Assembly: GCA_051362555.1 (NCBI GenBank)
Contig: CM120641.1
Coordinates: forward strand, 5,766,001 to 5,830,000
Direction of reading: 5' to 3'
Origin: Lingula anatina
Taxonomy: Eukaryota > Animalia > Brachiopoda
Length of the DNA stretch: 64,000 nucleotides
A program made the position numbers and the translations under genes. The notes beneath the pieces were generated by a model. That model was not told where the DNA came from. It made no database searches and was given only the letters and a program-made list of their open reading frames with translations. Positions 12,201-27,800 of this stretch are shown piece by piece. How positions within the stretch are numbered: the first letter of the stretch is position 1; every line of letters starts with the position of its first letter.

Positions 12201-15200
12201 ATGCATTGATATACATGTAACTATATTTAGAAACATAACTGCAGCCTGCTGAAAACCTGTCTGCAGTGATGCCCTGTCATTCATGTAGATCTGAATATTT
12301 TTCTGTGTTGAACTGTTTTGTAAGTACTCTGAACATGGAAAAATTCCCATTAGAAAATAAAAAAAGAGATGTACTCTTATTGCCACAAATTGTATTTAGG
12401 CTATTGTCTGGCTCAGCAAATTTATTCTGCTTTTGTGTATAGAAAAACAAACCAGAAGCATGATAAATGTTACAGTTTTTATTTCACTTTTAAAGAGAAA
12501 GACCAAGAGAGATACATAAATACCAAAAGAACATATAATAAATGTAATCAGAGCAAAAAAAGAATGGTTTGTGATATAAGGACACAATTCCCATCCATCC
12601 TGTCCCCCCCCCCCTCCCTCCCAAGATGCTGGCTTCTAAATGCTAAGCACAATGTTTAGTGCCATTACAATACCATCACTGTGAAATGTGTTCATGACTA
12701 GCCTTGGAAATGAGAGGGAGAACAGCTTATCGTTTCTGACAGTTTTCCGTATTGAATCTTTATTACCTAATGATAGATCAACCTAACCCTCATGGCAGTG
12801 CTGGCATTTTTTTTTTTTTCTTTTTAGCCAGGAAATTCTGAAATAAGCAGGTCAGCAGAGACAATAATTTTCATACAAATGATTTCTTTATAACAGCTGA
12901 ATACAGATTCTGTTTTTTTTTTTTTTTTGTTGTTGTTGTTGTTTTTTCAATTATATTGTGTCCACTGAGTGCAAATAAATAGTCCAGTGTTATTTTCCAT
13001 CATGAATAGACATTGTATATGTAGTTATCTTGACTGAATTTTTTTCATCAAGTCCTTTTTGTTTTATAAATGTGCAGTTGATAAGGTTATAACCATACTT
13101 ATGCCCTTCATGGCTGTCAGTTTTGTCTAACCATCAGACTGATCTGTAAGCTGATGTATAGCACTTTGTAATTGTTCAGATAAGGTCATCTAGAGAACAA
13201 AAATGTATTCCTAAGATGGTAAAGAAAGGACATAAGGACTGACTGAAAATGAAAATGGACATATAAGTGATTTGAATGTCTTTGGTCATCCATCATGAAA
13301 TTGATTGGAATTCTTAAACAAAATTGTTACTGGGAAATTGGTAAAAAATTACGACTTGGGGTGGGGTATTTTCAAAGGTAGATAGAATACTTTTAATTAT
13401 ACTGAATTGATATATGAAAGAAACAACACTTTGATAATTTTCTTTTACTTAATAAAAGTTTTGTGAAATTTTCATTTATTTTTATACAAATCTGTAACGA
13501 GGGAGTCTAATGGAAATGCCCCTCCTAACCTGTTCCTGATTCTGTTTCTAATATTTTATACTGCATTGAAGAGTGCATGCTGTATAGGGGATTAACTGTC
13601 TATATATAGATTGAAACATTGGACACCACCAGTATGACCCAATGAGAAATGAGGTTATGGGTGGGGGGGTTGGAGGGGGGTACATGCTGCATCGGGTGGT
13701 GACTCAAAAACATTACTTTCTTCTGAACTTCTTGACTAGTCTATCTGGAGAAAAACTATAATTCTTTTGTTTGAAAACATTTCCGATTTGAATTTTTTTA
13801 CTTACTGAAATAAGCTGGTTACCATTGACTTCTCTTGTGAGATCTACCTTGCCATTATCAGCAGAATAGGTTTCACTAAGCTTGTTGTCTTTTAATGTAA
13901 CTGTACTCTGAAATAAAAACAATTTTGTTTTGAAAATCTTGTAACCCATAAAAGTTGAAAGCTTATGGTTTCACAAGTATAAGATTTAAAAATCTACAAT
14001 TAAAAGTGTCATTTAATTAACAAAATTACTGTTTTTTACCATTTGTATGTTGATAAAACCTTTCCTTTTGTGTAATTATTATTATAATTTCATTACTATT
14101 TTTAAGTTCACACTTATTAAGTGACATGATAAAGTGATTTGCTTTGTTTTTTTTTATCAGTAAAAACCTGATAGAAAACACTCACTTTGACTGGCATGCC
14201 ATCTAGTGTTGTGTTATCAAAGGGTTCCCCTAGCTTGAACTTTGTGACCTTAGTAGAGCCAGGAATGTGTATAGTCATCACCCACTCATCTCCCTCTTGT
14301 GAATACTCCATGTCTGGGTTGGTGTTCTGCATGAACTCGCGGACCTCAGGTTTTGTACCTAAAATATTGTATGGTTTTATTGCCAGTGAAGATGTGTTCC
14401 CAGTGAAGATGGGTCAGCCTTACTTAAGTAGCATGGCCCACTTCAGCAAATAGCCTATTACCTTATTATTCTAAGTGAACCATCAGAAACCAATCTAACA
14501 GCATATGACTTACTTGTATCTCAATTATGGTAGAAATTGGCATAGCAATGGAGGAATAAGTTTGCTCCCTGTGGTGAGTTAATTGCAATCAAACAGCTTG
14601 ATGAGGTGTGTTGTACTTATATATAATTATTACATGTAGTTATGCTATCTCATCTTCACCGGAGCTAGGCCTATACATGTCTTTTATGTACACATCACAA
14701 CTGTTTCCATTATTTCAATTATCAAAATGGATTGATCAATTGTTTTTTATGAGCAATACATGGGAACAAAGACAATCTATTATGATAACCCCAGGTGGAT
14801 ATATAAAAAGTGTTCAGAGGTGGAGCTGGGGACTCTTGCTCTTAAATGGTGGTAGCAAGTTTGAGGCATGAATCATGTCTCATCTTTAATTCCCCCCAGA
14901 TTATTATTTTGCTAAGCCTGTCCCCAGTAGAAGGTATGGACCCTCCCTAGCTGGAGAGGATTTGCCTTATAAGTATCCAGCCTTTGGCTAAATGTGTATT
15001 CACAATGGAATAGTCAGGAGACAGGTGAAAGAAGAAGAATTTGAACCATGTTACTCATTTTTATGCTTAAAACATTTTGCTAATGATGCATCATGTTTTA
15101 TCTCAAGCTGTAGAAAGAATGCTCCAGAACTACTGAGGCTGTATTTTCATGTTCAAAAGCTGAACACAGTGTTATACAACCTTTTCTTCAATGTACGCTG

Positions 15201-18200
15201 CAGGTTATAGAACATTTGTGGCTGATTATCTCAGACATAAATATACTGCTCCACCTAGTCATGTTTATTAACCTGAGCTATGTTCAGTTTTAAAAGAGTA
15301 AGCTCTCTACCTGTTAAATGCTTCTGTATGTCACTTTTGATCATGTTAACTGCTCTTTCTACATTTACGTGAACTTGCTAAAGAAATATTGCAGCATATG
15401 ATTTTGCTTTAGTTCTTGAAAGTGTTCAGAGCATTATTTAATGGAGTGACTTTAAAAAAAAATTATATATATATTCTACACTATTTTAGTGAAAAAAAGA
15501 AATAAAAATACTTAGTGTAATTTTCAGTTATTGTCAAAACAGTTAAATTGTGAACTCATTTGCATATTTTGAAATCATTTTTCATCAGTTTTTTTCTACC
15601 TCATGATATACAGAGCACTTTTTATATACAGACCCATAGCCAATTGGATTCAAGGGGTGGGGGACTCAAAGTTACCACCCTTTTTGCCAGGAAAAGGTCT
15701 GATCTGGTTATAAATTGTTTTAGGTACATGCAGGCTTCATGGTAAAAGGCCCACTTTTTAAGACAGAGTGGCCCCTCCCCTTTTAAATTGCTGGCTATGG
15801 GCCTGATTTTGTTCACATTGATTACATTTACTGTCTACATTAATGAATATCTATCAGGTACTAAACACTTTGTATTTTTCCAAGCAGCTGAGCTACAAAC
15901 ATGCCAACTAGTTGTATTGATTTCCGTGGCCAGTATTGGCGAGTATTGGTCAGAAAACCTGAAATAGCTCCTACAAATTGTTAGTATCGGTTAAGTAAAC
16001 TTGACCCCAAGTGGCCTGAGCGATTATGACTGGGGGGCAAAGAAACGATAACATGTACAAATAGCATTAGTCTTAACAGACATCTGTATGATGCACATGA
16101 TGAATACTATTCAGTTTAAGTGATGATGGGAATCCATCTGAAACTGCCTGTAAAGAATACATAAAAATGTTGATGATTGAGTGATTTGATATGCCACATA
16201 TATAGCTGAGCCCCTGCTTATCAACAGTTCTGTTAAGACTGCTGTCTTTGCCGTGATTGTTTTATAAGTTGGTTGTGAGATCAGGATTTGACATGAAAAT
16301 ATGCTGTTCTTTGGTGTGTAATTGCCTCGTGATATTTATTTTTGTCAGAATGTCAGAGGGAGATCGTCAGACTGCATTAATTGTAGATGTGCTGTCTAGT
16401 GGGTGTGTAAGTTTGTGTTATATAATGAACACAAACCCAAAATCAAAAAGTTATTTGTATAAAAAATTAAAACTATTCTTAGACTAGCTGATCATTTGTA
16501 GACATTTTTGGAAATCTTTCATCTCCTGTATAATACATGTGATGTGGGAAAAGCCTAATGCTGTTACGCTGATTTTATGCTCCATATTTCACCACTATCT
16601 AAATGCATTACAAAAGATATATGATGTGAGTAACGCGCCTTGCATCAAACAAGGCATTTGTGTAAAAAGCGGGTCAAGAAGCGAGGCTTGTGCGTATATT
16701 GAGTGTAACCCTAAGTATATCTCTAGTATTACTATGAGTTGTTTGCCAGATATGATGGGGTTTTGGTTGCCACCTCCTGCAGAAGGTTATCTTATATGGG
16801 AAAAGATCATTTATACTGGAGAAACTGATGAGCAGTCAGAACTGAGGAAAAGCTTTCCCCAGTTAGTTTTACATCAGACAGCTCTAGATCCTTTCTGATT
16901 CTTACGTTAATTAGCATTATTACAATTTCAGGAATAAAAAGAAATTTTGAAAAATGAGAAACAATTTTGACTAAGGTGATATTGCATATGAAATAGTGTG
17001 CTTGTATTTTAGATATGCAATTGCTGAACAGCATAAACAGTATAAAGTTGTGTTCACATTTAGACCAAGTCAAACTTGAAATAAACCAGCTGAAATCACC
17101 AGAGTTATGATAATTACTCATTCAATTAAAACAAAAGTTATTTGATATGTTTCCAATAATGATGTTTTAGTAATGAGGAAGATTCAGAAGTTCTTGAAAG
17201 TGAGTTCACTCTGAAAACATAATTCTGCAAGTAATTAAAAAGATGAAAAAAATTGTAATTAATGAGTTGTTTGAATGTAGAACCCCCATGGTGATTGATC
17301 ACATGGGATTCCTTTAAACATCAATAAATGTTTTGGATCTCAAATCGTATGTCCACTCTCTTGAACCTACCAAAGAACACATGTCCCGTCCTAGCAGGTT
17401 ATCTGAAGCCAGATTATGTGACAAACCTCAGTGTATGTCACAGTGGACATGCAGATACAGAGACTTGATTTTGCTACCAGTGGTCAGTTAGTCACGATCA
17501 GGCAGCCTGCTGAGAGTGGTTGTACTGAGTAAGGCTGACATAAATTACCTGAAAATGCGACTTGGGTTAGCATGGTTGTGAACATGCTGCATGCCATGCT
17601 GCTACAAAATAAGATTTGGAATCCTGGCTAATCCTAATGAGGTCTTTAATACGCTAATGTAGCTTATGTTTATTGACAATTTGAATTGAGATTTGCATGA
17701 CTAGTGAAGGAAAACATATTGTCTAATGAGACATTACAGAAAGAGAAGCAGAATCAAACAAGATTTTTACTCCCCTCTGAATCATGATCAGACAAAGTTG
17801 ACAGCTCATCCATTCCATGTCTGGGATTTTGACAGTTATGCATTGTAAGTGCCAGAAGCAGAACAAAGATTTTATAATTCTGAAAGCATTGTATAGAAAA
17901 GCGAAAGTGGTGTATTCAGAGACACGGGAAATGTACTATGAAAGAGATAACAATTAACTCTATTCCACTGTGCCTTTTTTCTCTGCCCAGTGAAGCTACT
18001 GCTTGATTCACTGACTTGCTTTTACTTATATTATTGTACATTGTTATTGTCATTTTTAATTTAATGTAATATGTTGCTTATATTGTCTATTTTTTAGAAA
18101 GCATTTAGAAGAAAAATTGAAGACAACCAAGTTGCTATATACATCTTAGTTACGTAACAATTTTTTATCAAGACAAGTTTGGAGATGTGGGCGTGAGCTC

Positions 18201-21200
18201 ATGCAGTTACTGCCTCATCATTTGATACATTTTTAAAGAAATTGTTGAAATATTAAGAGGAATGTTTACTTTGTAATTATAAGTCTGAACAAACAATCAT
18301 AATTTTAAATTATTTATTGGATCATAACCTCACGCTTATGTTTTCATTAAATTTTACACTACTATACAAAACATTGTAGAAATCAGCCCCTTACCTAGAG
18401 AATCCATAAATACATCCAAATTTTCCACAGAAACAAAGTTCCATTTTCCCAGGAATTGAGTCATGTTGAGTGTTGTCGGCTATAATTGTGTGGTTTTAAG
18501 TTATCACAGGCAGTGCTGAGAGAGATCACTGTGGCGTAAGCTCCAAGAATCAATACACACAACCCAGTGCAGGTGCTTCTACTGATCGACTGGTTTCCTA
18601 GAGTTTTCTAGGAGCTTTATAAATGCCTAGCAGTGTAGTACGCCAAATTCAACTGCTGTGATAGGCCAGGCCGCTGATTTTTTGCCTGACATCATCACTA
18701 TTATGCTTGGGATACATGCAATTATCGGGTTGGTTTTCCAAGTCTGCATTCATGTGTTGAGAAGAAAGGATGTAATATTGCCACAACCCATTGATTTACT
18801 GACAATCTGGTGAACAAGTACTTTCGTTGTCTAAGGTGATTCAGAGGATTGCACCTGGAGGGAAGGGCAGGGATTTTTTTATTTGTGTACTGGAAGTCTT
18901 TCACTTTCTGCAACTTAATGAATAAAGGGAGTATTTTTCTTATAGTTCCAAGTAATGAAAGAGAAAAATCAAGTGACAATACCACAGATGTTTTATGAGT
19001 CAGTCATGACTTATGTAATACCAATAATTTCACAGGTGAATTAGAGTATGATGTGCAGTTATCAGGCAGCATTCTAGATAATGTTTTCTCTTTCTCTTTC
19101 TTTCTCTATCACTCTCTCTCTCTCTCTCTCCTTCACACTGAAGGATAGTGGAAAACTGCATTTGGCAGGCTTTTGACATTTATCTGTGTTACTTGATGAA
19201 GAAAAATGTATTCATTTTTGTTCCTCATCCTTTATCTCTCATACCAGATGGAATGCCAGTGATCTGGATCGCTTTCTATTAACAGTATGTCAGATGTTGA
19301 GGAATTGTTTTGAACCTTTCCTCTCACATAATGTAGTGTTGATTCCAGGTGAAGAAAACGGTTATCAGACAATTATGTGCACTATATGTACATGCTATTC
19401 CATATGTGTTCTGACTACAACGCAAGTCTAACTTACTTAATACAAAAGTACTACCTCACAGGCATTGGGATTGAATTTTTATTTCCAAAATAAAGTTGAA
19501 GTTGTTTTTGTGATTGATGACAGTTATGTATCCTTTTCTGTTTAAAACAACAGAATTATATTACTGAGTAATTGAGAAGAAACCATCCATGTATAGAGGC
19601 TCATAGTGGAGAGATGTACTGGAAAAAATGTCACTTGGAATAAAAGAAAGTATTAGAAATAGTTCAGATAATAAATTTGTTAATTTTTTCACATGGATGA
19701 GGTAAAATTGACATTGAACAAAATGTTTTCAAAATGTAATTGAAATTATAAACTTTTCATGCTCCTAATTCTTTGAATAGATTCTGTAAAAAAATTTACC
19801 TTGGCATGATTTAATTAATACCACCAGTGTGGCTTCTCTGGCTACGTGTCATGTTGGCAGATACAAGTCACTGTTACTGCCTTTTCCTCCTAGACTACAA
19901 AGGCCTCTACTCTGTCCCATCCCTTTAAATTAGATCACAAATAACCTCAACTTGAACCTCCTAGATATTGGGTTCTGTCAGTGATTTGCCTTTAGGTGTG
20001 ATGGTTGTCACAATGCACAAAATAAAATGTGAAATACTACAAACCTACCAGAGATACATACATGTGACCATTGAACTCGAATTGGAGGTCACATATATAA
20101 TCTTAATATGACCTTGAATTTGACCCTTAACCTACTATACTTTTCCCCATGAACTGAACTTTGCAAATTTTCAGGCCTTTATATCTCTAAAACTGACAGA
20201 GACATACCCATAGTAACTATTGAACTTGAATAGGAAATCATACATTGGCAGTCTTAATATCACCTTGAATGTGACATTTAACCTACTGATCTGCACAGGT
20301 ACATCCACATGAATGAGCTCATTTCACTGGTGGTACAATACCTGGCATCTATATCATCGCTCTGGGCCCATAACTCGAAAGCACCGTGCATTACAACCAA
20401 GTGCAAGCATCTCGATTCCATAACTTGCCCATACTAGCCCTATATAATACATTGTAGCCTCTATGTCATATCACTATTCGCAATAAGCGCTGCTTTCGAG
20501 TTACAGGGCCCTGATCTTCTAGTTTCATTGTGTGTGTGTGTGTGTGTGTGTGCACGCGCACATGCACTACGCACAAGTGGCTGCATGATATGATAGGTAA
20601 AAGCTCAAGTTCTAAGCTTGTCATGAGCATGATATTGTTTTAGCTTTGAGAAATAACAAAGATTAGAAAAATCAATTGTCAAAGATGGCAGTGATTAATG
20701 ATGAAGCACTCTGTTACCTCATACTAAAAAGATAAGATTTTGGCATTTTTGGTATTTATTAATTTAAACATATGAGTATAAATGGAAGCCCAATTTCACC
20801 ATATGTTCTCTTGTTATCTGACATTTAGTCACTCTTTTAAGTATGATGTAATTGATTACATGGTCAAACAGCATGGTCTTCACATTAATCTCCTGTCTCT
20901 CTCTATCTGTTTAGGTAATGCAAAAAACTACCACTTTTTCTGAAATTTTCAAATCTGATGCACTTCATAGGTTTGTTATTATTAAGGTTACAGGTTAATT
21001 AGTTAAGTTGTATACTAAATCCAATCTAGACTGAAATTCCATATTTTTATCAATACCAATTTAAGGTCTTTGCTATGTGAGAAGGATTGCCTTCCTTAAA
21101 TTTGCTGGCTAAGAAAACAGTTTATATAAGCTTAAATGCTTTTATAAAAAGTTAATTACTACTCATTTTTTTCTCAAATATCTATTTTCAAGGTGCTCTT

Positions 21201-21828
21201 AATATCTGTGATATATAACTTTGTTAATAATTCACCTAGACAAATGTTAACAGAAGTTCTTTAAATATGTTTCTAATATTAGAAGATTACTCTTATCTGC
21301 AGTTTAAGCTCTTTGGGGGATGGATACAAGGGTAAAAAAAATGATTTCAAGAATTTTTTTCCTCTAAGATCAAAGAGGTACTGGATTTGATATAAAAGTT
21401 ATAATAGCTGTATAATAGTTGAACCATATCAATTAGTGAGTAGACAAAAGCAGCCACACATTTGTGATGATCACATGTAATTGATCTAGCATTGGAAAAT
21501 AAATCAAACCTAATTGCACATCTTATGTGTTATTCCCAATATAGCACTACTAGAGAAACTTTTTCTGCTTCACAAGAATTCCCAGAAGGGACAGTTAACG
21601 ATGATTGATTCCTTGTAATTATCCGGTGACTTTCCAAGAATTAGAGATGTCGGAAGCAATCCTGATTCTAGTTGTCTTAATATCTCATTTGTCCTAGACA
21701 TGGCACGGGCAACCTTCTTATTAGAAGAGCAGTATCAAGACCTGATCAGTGTGCAAGGCCAATGTATGGGTTATATATGATTACTGTTTAACACCAGAGG
21801 GGACTGAATTGTCGGGGATGTAAATGGT

Positions 21829-21879
<51 letters not shown>

Positions 21880-24800
21880 GTGTGTTCATGTGTGCGTGCG
21901 TGAACTGAAAATTACACTAAGAACATTCAGGCGAGAGAAGAATAAAATAATACTATACCACTGGTCATTTGATTTTATGGTTAATCATCTGAGTCATAAT
22001 TTAATTACTTTAAAATTAAGTACTATATCAGGTCACTTTGACATTTCTGTGATTCTAAGACCCTTATTTGCTGAACCTTAAAGCTCCTAGTACACATGAA
22101 GAAGACAGTTGAAGTGAGTTGTAAACCAGGCAATAAATTGTGTTTACAGAGCTGTGTTTGTCTGCTGCTCACCAGACTGTGGGGACACCTGGGGTCTTAG
22201 GGCTCAGCTAGTCAACTACTCAGTGAATTATTTGGTTAACTGAACCAATCAATTTACTAGTATATATGCCTTAACGATGATAATATGCATATCATTATAA
22301 GTTCCTTTATTTTGTGCACATTTTAACTAAAAAATGTGGAATATGTCATCTCAAATTCCAAGGATTGCTTGACTCACATCTTAAAGGAAAATGCACATAA
22401 ATGTATGAAGAAAGAAATGAAAATGGTAATATAGATAAAACTATGTATGCTGGAGGTACTGCATTCAAAAGAAAAAAAGAGACAGAAGAAAAACACTCAA
22501 AAATGTTTTGTGTCTCTGAGAATTGTATTGTTTCAGCCTTAGAAGGAGCAATCCAGAAGTAAACTAAGCAGAAATGTCTCTGGCATACACATTGACTATT
22601 GGTTTACAGTGCGGTCTCTGTGGGACTGTAGTCTTCTTCATCAAACAACACTTGTTTGTTCGCTTGTGCTGAGTCTGTAATAAATGTGATTATGGCATAG
22701 CTTTATGAGCCCCTTGAGATGTCGAAATGTTGTTCAGTAATCAGCTATCGTGTAATACATCAAAATATTGCTGCTCCTCTTTTTTGGGTCTGTCTTTTTG
22801 TTTGGCCATTTATTTGCTTGACTCTCTTTCTCTCTCTCTCTCTCTGTTACTACTGTATGTTTTGGTGCTTTGTCTATTTTAATTTTATCAATCTGTTAGT
22901 TTTTATGTACAGACACAGATGTGTCTGTACATATAGCCGTCACCTGCGTCTGTCGTCGCCGTTGCCGTGCACTTTTACCGATAACACGATAAGTGGAAAA
23001 CGGTTTTACCTTTTGGCTTGAAACTAACAGAACTGATGAATATTCATAATACGCAGGTCAAGTTCGAAAATCAGCATGATTGGGTCATTTTTAGGGAATT
23101 TATGCTGTTTTTTCACTTTTTTCAGCATATATACAGCACCGATAACACAATAAGTGGAAAACCATTTTACCTTTTGGCTTGAAACTTACAGAACTGATGA
23201 ATATTCATAATACGCAGGTGAAGTTCGAAAATCAGCATGATTGGGTCATTTAAAGGGAATTTATGCTGTTTTTTCACTTTTTTCAGCATATATGCAACAC
23301 TGATAACACAATATAAGAAAAACAGATAGGCCAATTGTCATTATACTCACAGGAGTAGTCAAACTAACTAAAACGATGGTTGAGTTCGAAAATCAGCATA
23401 ATTGGGCCTTTATTTTAGAAGTTATGCTGTTTTTTCACATTTCCTCAGATTCAATTCTTAGGCATGTTAACAGTCTCATTATTTAAATAATAAGATAAGT
23501 AAAAGTGTTTGTTTGATATTTCCTGCATCTTAACAACATTGTTAATTGATTATGTAAAAATGATGGTAAACTTGTTATCGTGTATTGTGTAATAAAGCGT
23601 CAAAAATGGAAATAAACTCATATCATTGCAGTTTGTCAGATTCAATCATCCACTATGTTCAGAATTTCAGAATGGAGGAAATTGGACATTTAACACTGTT
23701 CTATTGATATTTTTCCCATCTCATCAATTTTCTTAGTTGGTCATATAAAAATGGCAACAAACTGTTTATTTTGTTTTATGTTAAAAAAGTGTTAAAAATG
23801 GAAATAAACCCATTTCAGGACAGTGCTGTCTTGTTTACATTTTGGCATTTTTAGGATGTGACTTTGAAGTTCCATGAGCCTGCAGACCTTTGCTAGTCAC
23901 ATTTTCTGAATATCCATTATATTAATATTTTATGATTAAAAATTGATGGTCATAATGCTGTTAAACATTATGTAATATTGCATCAAAATTTGAAGAAACC
24001 CCTATTTTGGGCACTGCTCCCATGATGACCATTTAAGAAAAACCATGTCACTTGCTGTTTTCAAACTTACAGGAAAGAAACATAGGGCTGAAATACAGCT
24101 TCAGTGGGCAATGCAGTCTGTTTGGTAATTTTTTCTGGCAGTTAAACATTTTTTTGTGAAAATTTAATTTTTCACATATTGGCATGTTCAAGCCTGCAGA
24201 CCTTTGCCATGATGACCATTATGGGAAAACCGTGTTATGACTGTCAAACCTTTAAAAAAACAAACACAGGACTAAAATGCAGAATGAGTTGGAAAAGCAG
24301 TCTAATTGGTTTCTTTTTCTGGAAGTTATACATTTGAGTGAAATATTCATTATCTTTTTGGCATATTCATTGTGGGACTCAGAGCTCCCATGGACATGAA
24401 GCCGAATGGTAATCAAATTTTTCTACATGTCCATGCTATTTATTGTCAATATTAAATCAAAAATTGGTGATAATTATTGTATAATTTATTATGTAATGTT
24501 ATATCAAAATTTACAACAATGTTTTTGCATTGCTACTGCAAACATTAGTGTTACTTATTATTATTTTTAACTTACAAGTATGATTTTTAGGATTGGCATG
24601 CAGTTCAAATTAGAAAGCCAGGTCAATTGGGTTATCATTTATTATTGAATTTATGCAATTTTGTGTGAAATTTTCATTTTTCTCATTCTGTCACTTTTTA
24701 AGTATAAACTTGCACTCTGATGGGCCCGAAGCCTTATGCTTTTACTTTCGTCGTTGTTACCTGTTGTGCATAATTAAAATTTGATGTTGACTGTGCAGTA

Positions 24801-27800
24801 AAACGTAATGTATTATTGCATCAGAATTGGTAGTCTCCTATTTTGTGCATAATTGTTTTGTGCTTTTCTTAAGATGTGACTTATGGGCCTGAAAGACCTT
24901 TGAGAGGGTCAGTCTGTTAATATCCCTTAGGTATCACTTAGCTAATTTCTGAGTTATAAAGCCATTTGCCTAATTGATAGGCCATTAAAGGAGATTACAT
25001 AAAGCACACTTGTTGATATTTCCTTGTAAACTCCCAAAAGTTAAGCTCTCTGCTAGATTAATAATAAGGAAGCAGTGATAATTATGCAGGTTATTATATA
25101 TATTAACCTGCATTAATTGATAATATATATAATCAAAGATTAAAAGTTTGAATAGCAGCTTCATTGAAATTATATTTACCTAGGAGGAGGTTATATTTTC
25201 ACCCCTGTTTATCTGTCATGAACATAACTCAAAAAGTTATGGACCAATTTTGCTGAAATTTTCAGGAACTGTCAGAATTGGGCCAAAGAGGACAATGATT
25301 GGTTTGTAGTGGTGGTCTGGCTCAGTAATCAATCAATAATCAATAATAATCAACAATTGCTGCCTTGGCAGAGGTCTGCACTCTCCGTGGTTTTCTAGTT
25401 TTGTTATGTTTTCCTTTACAATTTTTTCTCAAACACTTGCATTTGTGACTTTTATCTCTCATCTACTCTAGGCTCTGCACATTTTCTGTATTTCCACATA
25501 AGCAATTGTATTGTTTTTTATGTCTTTAAACATCATATAATATTATTTTATTCACTGTCATCATTTTTCAAATATTGAGACTTTCATCATATGACTTTGG
25601 TCTCTCATGGTCCTGAAACTGTAATTTTATTGAAGGGGTGGATTGAGACCATCTTCTGGGTCTTCCAGAAGACAGGTTATTAAGTTTATATTGACTGCTA
25701 TCTATTTTTTTTTCTGTTGGAAGACCATCAAAATGGAGGATGGATCAACATAGATACTTTGGAATACTGTCAGAAAATATCTCTGGATCTGCTCCTGTTA
25801 TTGACCATGTTACCTGTTGTGCATAATTAAAATTCAGTGTTGACTGACAGTGCTATTATAAGCATTATTTATTATTGCATCAAAATTGACAAAATGACCT
25901 TTTTTTTGCATCTTTATTTTCTGTTTTTTGTCTGTACATTTGACAGCTTTGCTGCCTTGTTTTTAACCTGTTTTTATAGCTGTCCCAATAAAGATTTTAT
26001 GTGTTTGAACTAAGATTAAAAAAAAAAAAACAACCTGAATCTCCTTGATCCCAAGTTTTTTATTTCTTCCTGTCACCTTCTTTCCTTTTTCCTTTTTTTT
26101 TTGTACAGAATCTTTTTGTTATACATATTATTGTACTCCATTTTTATGTGTTTCCTTAAAATGCGTAATTTTTACTACAGAGTACCTGCAGGAGAGCCCA
26201 AAGTAGAAGTTTCAGAACCAACTAGAAGGGCTCTAGAAGGCAACTTGGAGTACAACTTCAAACATGCGAGAAGAGGAATGGCCATCATCGTCAACAACTG
26301 TAACTTTGAGGAGAAAACGGAACAAGGTGAAAGGATAGGGACTGATGTAGATGCAGGAGCACTGGCAAACCTTTTCATGGATCTGGGATTTGAAGTCACC
26401 CGTTATGACAATCTAAGCACTATGGAGATGATGTCCGTAATGAGGCAAGGTACATGTATGCTGACATCATTGGGGAAAAGGGATTCATTTTGGGAATAAG
26501 GTTGAAAACAGAGGGAGAAAGAAAGATATCATGGGAAAAAATCATGGGAAAAATTGGAAGAAAGGGAATACTCTGAGTAGTTGGGGGTAATGGTAGTAGG
26601 AGGTTTACAGATTCAGGTTTAGTTTTCCACATTTTTTTCAGTGGTTCACTTGGAATCAAGAGTGAATCAAAGAGTGGTACTTAGTAGTCATGCTTTATAT
26701 GTACAGACTTGATAGTTTCATGGGAATGAGCCCTTAGATCTTTTGTGAAACTTGCTCTAGGGAAAGTTGTCAATCACACCACCAGAGGGGGGATTTTTTT
26801 TTTTTTTTTGGGGGGGGGAGGGGGGGGGGAGATAACAGCCTGAAAGAGCTTGAAGTTATGCTTGCAAGTGGCTGGTCATCGATCCATATGTTAAGCCTCA
26901 GATTTTGCCAACTATTGTGCTCCAGTATCACCAGTATGCTGTTCTTTGTCCAGTTTTAGTAGGTATTGCCCATTATCAACTGCTTGCCTCCATAGCCACA
27001 AGACTTTTCAGTGGGTGTGAGGGTGACATCTTTATAGGCAAACACAAAGTATTGGTGATCTATCTATATTGATAAATTGATGAAATTTTCAGTGAGCATG
27101 GAATGAAATATTTGAGCTGTTTCATTTTTAACTACCCAGTCAGTGCTTTCAAAGTTTGCCAAATTATATTTTGAAATAATAAATTTCATAATTTTAGTAG
27201 GTATTTTATACAAAAAGTTAACATGAAAAAGATCATATTTAGATAAGCTCTGCAACTCAATGACTTAAAGTTAATGCAGTTTTTAGTACCTGCTAACTTT
27301 GTCATATGTACCCCTTACATGAAATCTTGGCCTCAAAATGCTAGAATAGAATTTGTGGAATTGTGGATTGAAAGGAGGTGAAAGTTGAAGTAGATAAATT
27401 AGTGTGATAAAGGCTTGATAATTGAGAGACTAAGTCCCATCTGGTTTTAGGCAAAGGATCCTGGTTTCAAGTTCTGACATTCTTTCCAGTTTCATGTAAT
27501 GGTTCTTTAAATAAGAATCATCTTTTAGTCAGTTTCAGGCAATTATTTTATACTTGTTTTACAACAGGAAAGGGTTCTTCAGTCTACTTTTTTTGTAAGT
27601 TTTAATAAAAGTAATTTGTATCAGAAATGATTGATAAGGGATGGATATTTTTTCTTGACTCACTTTTTCAACATAACAATGGACTTACTGAAATGAAAAA
27701 AGTATCGATTGCCAATTACTCAATATTAATTATTGTGTAATGAGACTGTGGTTTGTATGATGTATTACTGCATCAGTTCCAGAACATTTACCATCTACAT

